Of a DNA stretch of 64,000 nucleotides, positions 38,646 through 50,374 are shown piece after piece. The translations under genes and the position numbers were made by a program. Origin of the DNA: Macrostomum lignano (Eukaryota); the NCBI GenBank assembly GCA_002269645.1, contig NIVC01000205.1, positions 7,276-71,275 on the forward strand, written 5' to 3'. Within the stretch, counting starts at the first letter, position 1, and each line of letters opens with the position of its first letter. The notes below the pieces were generated by a model that made no database searches, was not told the DNA's origin, and saw only the letters and a list, made by a program, of their open reading frames with translations.

Positions 38646-38766
38646 TTATCTCCCTAATTTTGTTTAGTGCGGCGTCTTAGTCCCCTATTTATCCATGTTT
38701 TGTACAATGCTTGACATTCTATTAAGATAAAAAAGCAGTATGCATTGCTCACAACTAACCTTTCAG

Positions 38767-39262
38767 GCGCCTCTCCTCAGACCGAGCCCGAAGTGTTTTC
38801 GGCGCCTCAGTAAAATGTTTGAACCAATCTTACCCATTGTCGTCAACGTCAGCAGACGAAATTCTCAAACATTGGATTGCAGCCGAAGAGGATTCTGTAG
38901 CTAGGCAGGATGAAGCTTCATCTAAGCGGCTGTTCCTATTGTTATCGCTAGACTATGCGCCAACCGCTTGGACCCGAGCTGCTTTACGCAGATCGGATAG
39001 AGTGCTGGTACTGCTAGAGCACAATGGGTGCTCAGTGCAGCCCAGCCTAGCCGAGATTTACTATTCCTCATTGAGCAGTTCGTGTGTATTATCTAGTAGG
39101 AGACGAATGGAACTAATACTGCTGCATTCGACTCGAAGGCGAGTGGTGCCAGCTGGTAGTACTCTTCCTTACCTGGTTGCTAGGCCCTGGCTTAGCGGGC
39201 ACCGGCATCTGCGACTGCCACTTAGGCTGCGACGGATCAGAGATCGGGGAAGAGTGGATGAG
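38767..39262 (+). CDS. NTE/PNPLA6-7-like exon: RLSSDRARSVFGAS...TAWTRAALRRSDRVLVL...WLSGHRHLR
   Basis: Matches the NTE linker (RLSSD..ARLG, PWTVRCLRQADCIL); tttcag acceptor in phase 2 and GTTAGG donor in phase 0. Confidence 0.85.
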
Positions 39263-39324
39263 GTTAGGGAGTTTTTGACAAGTCATTTATATGTATCCAG
39301 AAGTAAAATCCAGACTAAAAGATA

Positions 39325-39750
39325 AATCGTCCTAGACTAAATGAGAAATCCCCCCAGACCAAAAGAGAAATCGCCCCAGACTAAACCGAACGAGAACTCG
39401 CCCCAGACGAAATGAGTATTCGCTCCAGACTAAACAAGAAATCGCCTCAGACTAAACAAGAAATCACCTCCAGACTAAACGAGAAATCGCCCCAGACTAA
39501 ATCGAAGGAGAAATCGTCCGTGACTAAACGAGAAATCGCCTCATACCAAAAGAGAAATTGCCCCATACCAAAAAAGATTCACTGTTTCCCATTCACTGAT
39601 CCCCACTAACGGATCCCCCTCTGACTGATCCCCACTAGCGGGCGACTAAAAAAGAAATCGCCCTAGATTAAAAAAGAGAAATCGCTCTAGACTAAATGAG
39701 AAATCGCCCCAGACTAATCGAGAAATCGCCCCAGACCATGGGAAATCACC
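39325..39750. repeat. Degenerate ~20-21-bp intronic array GAGAAATCGCCCCAGACTAAA
   Basis: Read directly. Confidence 0.85.
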
Positions 39751-39789
39751 CCGGACTAAAGCAGATCGCACTCATTGCCAATCCTGCAG

Positions 39790-40746
39790 AAGTCGCCGCC
39801 CCCAGCTGCAGCCGACATGTGCCGTCTTGCCCGCCACCTGTCCAATGGCGCCATAGGCCTGGCCCTGGGCGGCGGGGGCGCCCGCGGTGCCGCCCACCCT
39901 GCAGTCCTCCGCCTGCTGGCCAACCGCGGAGTCCCCGTAGACGCCGTGGCCGGTACCAGCATTGGCGCCCTGGTTGGCGCGCTCTGGTCGATGGAAACCT
40001 GTCCACAATCTGTCCAACAAACTGTCAAGCAGATGTTTGCAGACAGCAGTAAGAAGTCTAGTCAGGCTTACGATGTCACCCTGCCATTGGTGTCGCTGTT
40101 TCGAGGCGGCCTGCTCAATAGCCTGCTTGCCCAGTGCTTCGATGTCAGGCGCGGTATTGAAGATCTTTGGTTGCCATGCTATTTTATAACTACAGAGTTG
40201 CGTAGTAGAAAGATTCGTGTTCTAAGCCGGGGCTCGCTTTGGAAAGCTGTTCGAGCCAGCATGTCCTATCCGGTGCTGCTGCCGCCTGTATGGTCAGACG
40301 ATGGTCAGGACTGTCTCGTTGACGGCTGCTTTGTCAACAATCTACCAGTAGATGTGTTGCGTCAGAAATCCGACGGCGTTATAAAAGTCATAGCCGTAGA
40401 CATATCGGATAGCAATCGGTTGGAACCTGGCAGGTTTCGAGTCTATGGCGACTGTTTGTCCGGATTCTCGGCTCTGTTGAGTCCGGCTGGTCGATATCCC
40501 AGGCTGATAGATGTGCAGATGCGATTGGCCAGTATAACCTCTAATATGCGAGTGACGGAGCAGCGGCTGCGGTCCATGCACTGGTGCTGGTATCTGACTC
40601 CTCCTGTGCAGGGCTTTGGTATAGCCAGTTTTAGCCAATTTCAGCCAGTCTACGATGCCGCTGTGGACTATCTGGAGGACAAATGGAGACGGGATTCCGC
40701 CGATGGCTCTTTGCCAACTTGGTTGATTGACGCCGCTAAACGATAG
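39790..40746 (+). CDS. NTE/PNPLA6-7-like last exon: patatin domain
   Basis: RLARHLSNGAIGLALGGGGARG, GTSIG nucleophile elbow, LWKAVRASMS, DGCFVNNLP; phase-0 acceptor cctgcag; stop at 40744-40746. Confidence 0.93.
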   Translation, partial: KSPPPAAADMCRLARHLSNGAIGLALGGGGARGAAHPAVLRLLANRGVPVDAVAGTSIGALVGALWSMETCPQSVQQTVKQMFADSSKKSSQAYDVTLPLVSLFRGGLLNSLLAQCFDVRRGIEDLWLPCYFITTELRSRKIRVLSRGSLWKAVRASMSYPVLLPPVWSDDGQDCLVDGCFVNNLPVDVLRQKSDGVIKVIAVDISDSNRLEPGRFRVYGDCLSGFSALLSPAGRYPRLIDVQMRLASITSNMRVTEQRLRSMHWCWYLTPPVQGFGIASFSQFQPVYDAAVDYLEDKWRRDSADGSLPTWLIDAAKR

Positions 40747-40799
40747 GGACAAATAAGATTGCGTTTGTGTAATTAATGGCAACAAAAATATGGCTCTGT

Positions 40800-41656
40800 T
40801 GCCATGTTGGAAATTCAGGGTAGCATAGAGAGGCTCAGTCCCGAATGGCTGTGTTGGAAATCCAGGACAGCATAGAGAGGCTCAGTCCCGAATGGCTGTG
40901 TTGGAAATCCAGGGCAGCATAGAGAGGCTCAGTCCCGAATGGCTGTGTTGGAAATCCAGGACAGCATAGAGAGGCTCAGTCCCGAATGGCTGTGTTGGAA
41001 ATCCAGGGCAGCATAGAGAGGCTCAGTCCCGAATGGCTGTGTTGGAAATCCAGGGCAACATCTGGAGGCTCAGTCCCGAATGGCTGTGTTGGAAATCCAG
41101 GGCACATCTGGAGGCTCAGTCCCGAATGGCTGTGTTGGAAATCCAGGGCAGCATCTGGAGGCTCAGTCCCGAATGGCTGTGTTGGAAATCCAGGGCAACA
41201 TCTGGAGGCTCAGTCCCGAATGGCTGTGTTGGATAGAGAGGCTCAGTGTTGGAAATCCAGGGCAGCATCTGGAGGCTCAGTCCCGAATGGCTGTGTTGGA
41301 AATCCAGGGCAGTATCTGGAGGCTCAGTCCCGAATGGCTGTGTTGGAAATCCAGGGCAGTATCTGGAGGCTCAGTCCCGAATGGCTGTGTTGGAAATTCA
41401 GGGCAGTATCTGGAGGCTCAGTCCCGAATGGCTGTGTTGGAAATCCAGGGCAGCATCTGGAGGCTCAGTCCCGAATGGCTGTGTTGGAAATCCAGGGCAC
41501 ATCTGGAGGCTCAGACCCGAATGGCTGTGTTGGAAATTCAGGGCAGTATCTGGAGGCTCAGTCCCGAATGGCTGTGTTGGAAATTCAGGGCAGTATCTGG
41601 AGGCTCAGTCCCGAATGGCTGTGTTGGAAATCCAGGGCACATCTGGAGGCTCAGTC
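40800..41656. repeat. 47-bp minisatellite GAGGCTCAGTCCCGAATGGCTGTGTTGGAAATCCAGGGCAGCAT(AGA/CTG), about 18 copies
   Basis: Read directly; begins about 55 bp after the PNPLA stop. Confidence 0.95.
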
Positions 41657-42529
41657 AAATCCAAATCCATCTCAGCAGGCTCTGGCAATCATTCAATTAT
41701 GTTGTGATGCACTATTTTTCATATTTGTCAGTCTTTCCATCTCTTTTAATTTCATATCCGACCTGTTATGGTGCCTTTAATTTCATTTGAATGTAGCACT
41801 TAGACGCGTATATTTTTTATAATCGATTAACTATAATTCCGTCTCTTATTCATACTACTAGCTGCTGACTTTCACCAGTAGTAGCTAAAGCGTTTATATC
41901 GCACCAGAATGTTTAGTCTCTTGTTTTATAAAGTTAGATTCTTGAAAGAGTTATTGTTAATTGTTTACTTTCTCTCATTAACAGATCAGTTATTAATTTG
42001 TTTTAGTTTTTAATTACTTCTACTTTTTGCTATTAATATGCAGTATTTTTGCACGTTTATATTTTAATGTAATTTTTATTAATAACAACACTTCCCATTC
42101 CTGTTGAAGTATCATATTATTGAAACTTAATAAAACTGCCATTTACATAGCATCTATATTGTTTAAGTTTTCATTTCTTTTCACTTTATCACTTCTTATC
42201 TACATCAGATTGTAATTTGCGCACATCAGGAGAAGGATGATGCATATTTTAAAGGCGAATTTGAAGGATTGGGGCCCCTTTCATACTCCCGAGCTCACTT
42301 CACTATTTTGTTTGGCAAAGATCGAGGTTTGAGCAACTCGAACTTCTCTTTGTTTAGACAAGATAAGTTTGAAGGTGAACTTTTGAGTCTGAGAATACGG
42401 GCCCTTTGATTCTTTTGACATGCAAAGGCCGAGTCTGACTTCTCCTCGAGCATGGCGCTTTACTGTCACTGGCTTTCTGAATCATTTAGATCAGGTCTGA
42501 ACCGGTTAGATCACTTTCAAACCACTTAA

Positions 42530-42880
42530 TTCAACCCTGAACCGCTCTTCAACATCAACCCGGAACCGCTCTTCAACATCAACCCTGAACCGCTCTTCCA
42601 CATCAACCCTGAACCGCTCTTCCACATCAACCCTGAACCGCTCTTCCACATCAACCCTGAACCGCTCTTCAACATCAACCCGGAACCGCTCTTCAACATC
42701 AACCCGGAACCGCTCTTCAACATCAACCCTGAACCGCTCTTCAACATCAACCCTGAACCGCTCTTCAACATCAACCCTGAACCGCTGTCAACATCAACCC
42801 TGAACCGCTGTCAACATCAACCCTGAACCGCTCTTCAACATCAATCCTGAACCGCTCTTCCACATCAACCCTGAACCGCA
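42530..42880. repeat. 24-bp minisatellite AACATCAACCCTGAACCGCTCTTC
   Basis: Read directly. Confidence 0.95.
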
Positions 42881-44004
42881 ATCAAACACCTGCCTGATCC
42901 ACGTAGTTAAAGTGACGAAATATTTATGAATAATTGAGTAGCGAAAGCAGGAAATGCCCAGATATGTGTTCAATTTAATACATATTTTCCCGCTGTCCAT
43001 CATTCTGTTCCAGGCCACGGTGTCGCAACAACAGTAACAAAAATGTTTAACACTGCATCGCGTTCAAATTATCTATATAAGCAAGGCAACCGAACACCCT
43101 TGAATTAATCAGAAAAGTAGAAATTGCAAGACGATATTATAATATGTTGCTGCTGAATCTTGCAGAGTTTTATTCCGTGAAATTAATGCTTTTTTTATTC
43201 TTAACAGATCTGTATTGGTTATATATAGATAAATAAAAAACGATTCTTAAAGTGCATTTATGCATGGCCTTCTAGAGGCTTATGCAATGAGTTATGCAAT
43301 CCTATTGTACATTCTGTTGTAAAAATCAAAATAGTTAACCATCGAAAACTGAACGTTTGATTTATTTTATTTTATTAGTATCAGATTTCAATATAAAGTA
43401 TCTGAAGTTGTTTATTAGTATATCTGATGTAGCAATAGTCAGTTCATTTACGAGCGTACCTCTATTTATCAAATTCTTTAGGGGTTGTTAAAGCTTTGGC
43501 CATAGACATAAGCGCGTTTTGATTTAGCACACAGGACGGGATCTTAAAGTGCTGTATGTACTCGCATATATAGTTTTCAGCCTACTTTTAGATCTGTCGG
43601 TTTAGACCATAGACAAAATCTCGAATAGAATTACATGCCCCATTTTTAGTATAGCTTGACTAAAAATCTAATTGTTACTGGTATCACTTTTGTCAGTAAA
43701 GTTTAGCTGCAAACCTTAACGTAACGTACAAACATTCCAGAGACTACCTTGTACTCGTAGTATACCTGTAAATATATAGCTGTTCTACATTAAGAAAATA
43801 GGCAATAATGGTCATTGTAAATCTCTTTGCATGGTATTGTCAGTTGAAAACGCCTGTACTGGTAGCAGAGCCGCCAGTCGCGGGCTTGCTGCTGCGGGCT
43901 ACGATGCCATTAAATCGGGGCCGATTCTTCATCTCGTAGCCAGCCTGCTTGCCTTCCATGCTGGGGTGCCTGCAGGCGGGGTTGTGAAAATATTCAGCAT
44001 TAAT

Positions 44005-44261
44005 TAATAATAATTTAATAATTGATTACAAGTGCCCAAATTGGGCCAGATGTGCAACCGACAGCTCCTGAAGGACTGGGGGGGGGGGGTTGCCATTCAC
44101 GCCTTCAATTACCCCAGCTAATGCTGGCACAGATTTTACAGCTGGGTGAACTGAAGCTGTATTTCTTGCTTAAGGATACAAATTGTTCCAGTGGGATCGG
44201 GAATCGAACCCTCGACCTTCAAGTCGTGAGTCCGACGCTCTAACCACTAGGCTACAAGCAC
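44005..44261 (-). mobile_element. tRNA-derived SINE
   Basis: Minus-strand A box TAGCCTAGTGG (44244-44254) and B box GGTTCGATTCC (44200-44210); central TCCTTAAGCAAG...CACCCAGCTGTAAA segment; AT-rich (ATT)n-like tail near 44005-44025. Confidence 0.75.
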
Positions 44262-44352
44262 TTAAGAACCCGATAAATGTCAGGAGCTCCATTTTAGCCA
44301 CCTCTCTTGGACACGGGGATTTGCATACCCAATTAACATCAAGCCTTCTCAC

Positions 44353-44802
44353 TTGAGCACAGTGTCGATGGTGGGCTGTAGCTCTCGACAGATCCGACAA
44401 CCGGGTCCGTGCAGCACCTCCGCAATGTCGAAAGCTCGCTGCAAATCTTGCAGCGCCTTCTCCAGCCGGCCTTGGCTGAGCCAGAGCGAGCCAAGAAGCC
44501 GGTACGAGTCCAGCACTTGCGGCGAGAAATCGCCGTGAACTTTCGCCTTGACCTTGACGTTCTCCTGCAGTAGGCGAGCGCCTTCGTCGATTTTGTCCGC
44601 TCTAATGAGCAGCTTGGCGAGCTCGTCCTGCGCCTCGCACACTGACGGGTGCTCAGGGCCGTGCAGTTGAAGGTAGGCGGTCAGGCACTCCTGCATGTAG
44701 CTCTCGGCAGATGCCTGGGCAGCCACGTCGCCGCACTTGGCGTAGGCTGTGGCCAGCGAGCGGGCTGTGCCAGCAGCTTCTTCAGTGAATTCGCCTTTGG
44801 CG
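44353..44802 (-). CDS. TTC23: TTC23-like TPR protein exon (KVHGDFSPQVLDSYRLLGSLWLSQG...LHGPG)
   Basis: Matches human TTC23 C-terminal KVEAFGDFSPEVAETYRLLG (recalled); tatgcag acceptor; GTGAGA donor, or AAG TGA stop if read through. Confidence 0.85.
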
Positions 44803-44904
44803 CTGCATAAGGTGGGGGTTGGATACTGGGATGAGTGTTTATCGGGTGTAATTGCATTGGTTCAACACAGATTTCTAAGAATTGAGCGTCTGTGTCTTGA
44901 AGGT

Positions 44905-45485
44905 CAGCGTCACACTGTCTTACAGGTGAGCGTCACACTGTCTTACAGGTGAGCGTCACACTGTCTTACAGGTGGAGCGTCACACTGTCTTATAGTTGAG
45001 CGTCACACTGTCTTATAGTTGAGCGTCACACTGTCTTACAGGTGAGCGTCACTGTCTTTCAGATAGGCGTCACACTGTCTTACAGGTGAGCGTCACACTG
45101 TCTTACAGGTGCACGAGCGTCACTGTCTTACAGGTGAGCGTCACACTGTCTTACAGGTGAGCGTCACACTGTCTTACAGGTAAGCGTCACACTGTCTTAT
45201 AGTTGAGCGTCACACTGTTTTATAGTTGAGCGTCACACTGTCTTACAGGTGAGCGTCACTGTCTTTCAGATAGGCGTCACACTGTCTTACAGGTGAGCGT
45301 CACACTGTCTTACAGGTGCACGAGCGTCACTGTCTTACAGGTGAGCGTCACACTGTCTTACAGGTGAGCGTCACACTGTCTTACAGGTGGAGCGTCACAC
45401 TGTCTTACAGGTGAGCGTCACACTGTCTTACAGGTAAGCGTCACACTGTCTTACAGGTGAGCGTCACACTGTCTTATAGTTGAGC
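44905..45485. repeat. 23-bp intronic minisatellite GAGCGTCACACTGTCTTACAGGT with a higher-order block duplication
   Basis: Read directly; the block at about 44985-45190 recurs at about 45210-45390. Confidence 0.95.
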
Positions 45486-45501
45486 CTAGACAACAACTTA
45501 C

Positions 45502-45711
45502 TGAGCAGTGGCAATCTCGTGCGCCTTGAGGTACATCTCGATAGCCTTCTCGTGATTGGGAAACTCCGGCCTACACTGCTCCGTAGCGCCCACGCCCTGG
45601 TAGAGAGGCACCAGCTCTTGTGAACCCTTGCCGTAGCGTTTCTCGCAGGCAGCGATCGCCTGTTCGTAATAGGACACCGAGGCCATCGGCTTGTTAAGTT
45701 TTGCACTGATC
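45502..45711 (-). CDS. TTC23: TTC23-like exon (ISAKLNKPMASVSYYEQAIAACEKRYGKGSQELVPLYQ...)
   Basis: gcgcag acceptor in phase 2 and GTAAGT donor in phase 2. Confidence 0.85.
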
Positions 45712-46107
45712 CTGCGCGATTGGACCGTGGGGTGGAGGGTTGATGAGCGATTTATGCATGTTATTTAAGTTCTTAATGACTTGTCACAGATGTGTTCTGC
45801 TCTGTTTTGAACTGGTCAGTGTCTAGCAGATGAGCGCTACTGTAGCTAGTCAGTTTTTAAGAGGCTTTTGGCTGCATTTGGTGAGCACTACTGTCTAGCA
45901 GATCAACACTAGCTCCTGTCTAACAGGTGAACACTACTGTCTAGCAGGTAAACACTACTGTAACAGGTGACACTATCCTGTCTAACAGGTAATCAGGTGA
46001 TCCATCAGTTGTGTACAAGTGGGAAATACTTATTCTGTTTGAAAAATAAGAGTTTTTGATAAAAGCCCAGAAATTGATCATCATTTCATTATTGCCATCC
46101 AACTCAC

Positions 46108-46429
46108 TTTGCCAGCGAAGTCCAAATTTTCTGCTTGGCCTCGAGAAGGAAGTCGAACTTCACAATCGACAGCTTGGACAATTCCTGCACAACCTTCTCA
46201 GCTTTGATCAGACTCTGCTCGGCATCTGGGAACTTTTTCAACAACGACTGAGCCCGGCCGAGAGTGTGATAGGTGACCAGACTGACCTTCAGGAACTCCA
46301 GGCGGGTCAGCTCAGAGCCAGCCAGGCCGGAGCCTGTGACATCCACTGCGGCACCGTCGAACGCTTCCTGCTGGCCAAGCAGGATGTTCTTGGCGTGCTC
46401 AGCGTGCTCCTCAGCTTGTTGAGAGAAGC
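46108..46429 (-). CDS. TTC23: TTC23-like exon (FSQQAEEHAEHAKNILL...YHTLGRAQSLLKKFPDAEQSLIKAEK)
   Basis: Matches human QAKQHAEKARQIL and FHTMGRALLSLQKFKEAAENLTKAER (recalled); canonical splice sites. Confidence 0.88.
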
Positions 46430-47251
46430 CTGCACGTAGGTTATAGTAGATTATAGTTAGAAATTTAAGCTGCGGAGAATGACCGCATTTAGCGTGTTTC
46501 TAATTAGAATAGAAATAAAATGCGATTCAACTACTCTTGTGTAGTGAAATGGTAAGTATAGTTTATCGTATCATTTTGGTGTTTTCAATTTTGCAACGAT
46601 TTTGACAGTTTCATAGCAAGTCAGGGCCGGGTCTCTCTTCCTTTACCAGCGGCCAGTTTGTTTTGACGTGAAGAAGCATGATGCAGACTACTTCATTTTC
46701 GAGCTTTGTTTAAATTGTATCCCCATTTTCGATGTCACATGAGTGGATTTGATCGCAGTTTTTTGTGCCCTGCTGTCAAACCATTGCTTTTACGATCTTA
46801 ACCTAACCCTGAGTTTAAATGCTCGTTCGCGTTGCCATCAATCGAGCTATACCGAATGACTTGATTGATCCTTGAACTCCTATATGCATAATGAAGATAA
46901 AGTGACCCGTGACCCGTTATGGAAATCAACAATTTTGCTTCAGAGCAACAAAACGTACAGCGCTTGCCGCGCCAAAATGAGCGCGCTGACAGCACCGAAT
47001 CTGAACGTACATAATGTACATGTTGAATTCTTTGTTTTGTCCCCCCCCCACCATAAAATCCATGGCGACGCCCCTGCAGCGTGCATCCAAGAGGAAATTC
47101 GCTATAGTTTCCCTTTCCGAGTTTTGTCTAAGTAACACTTTGTCAATACTGTTTACTTACAGCCTTTGAGTCAAGACCTCACCTGTGGGCATGCATTCGA
47201 GTTTTAAATTAAAATATTAAATTTCTTTTTTGTTTCAAAGCTTTAACTCAC

Positions 47252-47781
47252 TCGGCCCCTTGTAGTCCAGGTAGCCCTTGGCCAGTTCCGTGTAAGCTTC
47301 GGCGTACTTGAAGTGCTGCGGCCCGTAGACCAGCACGCAGAGCGCCGTCTGCCTCACCAGCTGGCGCATCGCGTTGTTCCACTGACGCCTGGCCGCAAAC
47401 TTCGTCGCCAATCGTTTCGCCCGTTCAAGCAGCTCGTCGGGCGCCTGCATCGACGATCTTGACGCTTCTTCATAGTCATCCTCATCGTCATCGTTGCCAC
47501 CGTTTTCGTCGTCGGCGCCTCGTTGTTTTCGTCCTCTTTTACGACGTTTGCGAGTCGCTGCAGCGGACGGAGCGTCCGCATCGGTGGGTGCTTCCGGATG
47601 ACGTGGTACGCCAGGGTCGAGGTCGGACTGGTATTCGTCCGTGTCTGTTGTGTCATCATAGACAGCGGCACGGCTGGGGCTATTGTTGTCTCCACCTTCT
47701 GCCGCGGCGCCTGAATGCTCTTCGGGGTCAGAAACGTCGCTAGTGCCATCGTAGTGGCCATCTCTGTCATCGGATTCGTAT
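47252..47781 (-). CDS. TTC23: TTC23-like exon: acidic extension plus LVYGPQHFKYAEAYTELAKGYLDYKG
   Basis: Matches human ICYGDSHWKLAEAHVNLAQGYLQLKG (recalled); ttgacag acceptor; GTGAGT donor in phase 1. Possible upstream mini-exon at 47882-47918; start codon unresolved. Confidence 0.85.
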
Positions 47782-49792
47782 CTGTCAATGGAAAGTTTTT
47801 TTGTCTTTTGCTTCTTAAGACACTTCAGACTAATTATAAAGAAAAGTCGCGATTAAACTCACTGGTCAGAGTGCAGACTACCTGGTATTTTGATTTCTTT
47901 GCTTGGCATTCTTCGAATCTGAAAGCAATAAGCAAATATTGTACGCTATTCTTAAACTCTTATATTGTAGCAAATAAATAATACATAAGGAAGAAAGTGA
48001 GGAAGTTATCTGCCGTTTTAAATTTGACGGCTAGATTTATTTAGCCTAAAATTTATTCTTCGATTAAGCTTTGAACTTAGCAAATTATTCGTAGGCTTCG
48101 ATCACAGGAAATTAGGGAGCTGTCTGTTTTAATTACATACATGTAATAAAATTATGAATAAAAAGCGAGGGCGATTCTTACTGAATGTTTGCACTTCGGA
48201 AACGCTGCTTTAGTCCAGGAGTTCCAAAAATATACTTTTTGTGATCCTAAAATTTGTATTTATTACTTTATTCCATTTACGGAGGAAATTCAGGCAAGGT
48301 CACTGTGCTATGTTAAAAAAAGAATAAAATTGTTGAACTTGAACCTGAGCTCAAACAATAAATGCTTAATAAATAATATATCTAAACTATAAAATAAACT
48401 AAAATGCAAAAATTAGGTTGTATAAAACATATAAACTATTTTATAGGCAAAAGCTTTAGTGCGTATTTAAAATTTCGTTTAAGTGCTCTAATGTGAAAGT
48501 TTTTAAATTGTGAATTTTAATTTTAAAATTCGCGAAACCGCATCATCCGCGAAACCTTGTAAACTTTTTATTTTGAGTTTATTTGAGTTACGTCTAGCGT
48601 AGCATTAATTTTGACAATCAGCAGATAGAGATATAAATAGACGCATGTGAAATGTTCGAAAGTTTTTTGCATCGTTAGCAGTTAGTGTATAATGACTATA
48701 ATGTTAGCTAACGAACAAAGCCTAGAATTAAAATTTTCCATGTCAATTTATTTCTAATTCTAATTTGCTGTCGTTTAGGCCAGGGTAGGCCTATACAATA
48801 CTATAATAGGCAGATATTTTGTATCACATTTTTAAAGAAATCTAACTAAATACAGAGTATTACAGACTAGTATTAAAAGGTCAGACCAAGAGCAAGACAG
48901 TTAGACAGTAGTAAGGCAGGTAGGGTAGGGTGGCTCCCTATCCTACAATTTGTTGTTTATGATTTCAGTGACAAGTAAATAGGCCCCTATTTGTGAGAAA
49001 AAATTAAGGTCCAACAAACATGCATAAATGATGATGATTAATAATCATTTTATTCTAGATGAGACAAGTCATCTATAAAAATATTTCATCTTGACTATGA
49101 CAATAGCAAACCAAAGCTTTTAGCCTAGGAGGGTCTAGGCCCCTAGTCTATATATTATACTAAAATTAAGAATGAGAATCTTGCTTGTATGTATATACAC
49201 AATCAATTATCGGCTATCTTCCTCTTTCGTTCGTTTAATTCCAACCCCCACCCCCCACCACCCTTGAATAGAGGGCGAAATAATTCCGGAAATAATTAAA
49301 TGAATGAAAGAGGAAGATTACCCAATAATCTCCTGAAAGACAACCAAATTTACAATTTTGTTACCAAAAGATGTCATATATTATATATATTATAGTATAT
49401 ATTTTTATTAAGGAGCCTCTTCATATTGCTAGTTCCGAATTGGTTCAACGCTCTTCATATTGATGGTTTGAAAAACAGAATCAGTTTTGGAACATGGTTC
49501 TGGTTCTAGAATATGGTTCAAGAAGTCAAGAACCATTGTCATGCTTATACTTTAACAGTAAAATACATTGAAATTGTCAATTTTAATTATTGTTATATAA
49601 TTATTCCATTTTTTGTCATATCCAAGAAGAAACAAACAAAGTCAAAGAATGACAAAATTAAATTGTAAAGACTGTCAAACATAAAATGGGTTTGAAGCTC
49701 CTCATTTCACACTGGTTCTAGTTCTAAAACTCAAATTTATTCTGGTTCTAGAACTGATTGCTGTGAAGAGGCACAAGTTCTAGCTCATTGCT

Positions 49793-50086
49793 CATACATG
49801 CGCAACCTCCGAAATTCAGTCGGCCATGCGACTTAGTTTTAACAAAAATGCGACGTAGTTTTTGGCCAAAAATGCGACTTAGATGTAAAAAAACCCTAAA
49901 GCAAAATTAACGCAACTTTGGGTAAATGGCAGGAGTAACTATGACTGTTTTATTAAGGCAAAATGCCTCATCAGCTACTTAGTACTACTACGTTATTTTT
50001 CGGGTGGGCATTTTTGCGACTTCTTTGGTTGGCCGCCAAATCGGTCGGCCAGATCGGCCAACTCGGCCGACTGTTGCGCATGTATG
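49793..50086. mobile_element. hAT-type MITE, copy A (294 bp, CpG-rich)
   Basis: TIR CATACATGCGCAAC / GTTGCGCATGTATG; 8-bp TSD TCATTGCT (49785-49792, 50087-50094). Confidence 0.92.
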
Positions 50087-50374
50087 TCATTGCTAAACTC
50101 CTAAACCCTATTGGAATAAGTGTAGGCCCAGAAAACCTGTGGATGCGCAATATGGGATCTAAAATTGTAGCTCAAAAATGCAATGCAACATAGAACATAT
50201 TAACTTTTATATCAAATACAAGTAGAGTACTAACTAATTAGATGACAGGCATTTAGCCTTAATATAAAAATAGTTTGTTACTCTTGCCATTTACATAAAA
50301 CTATACCATCCCATACCACTTGCCTCGATTTCAGCCACAATGCAACATTGGAAAGTTCCAAAATTGCAATAGAT

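Noticed and set aside
42281-42475. Definite last exon of the TTC23-like gene
   Set aside because: Several acceptors and frames are possible, none with recognisable similarity, and the preceding exon could end at its own TGA.
44190-44261. Functional tRNA-Val(CAC)
   Set aside because: The anticodon and acceptor stems pair poorly and the sequence continues into a SINE-like body.
47354-47788. 144-aa ORF MTDTNPMTEM... from the ORF track
   Set aside because: An out-of-frame reading of the TTC23-like exon.
49478-49760. GGTTCTAGAAC-rich segment as another hAT element
   Set aside because: Inverted ends are imperfect and no TSD was found.
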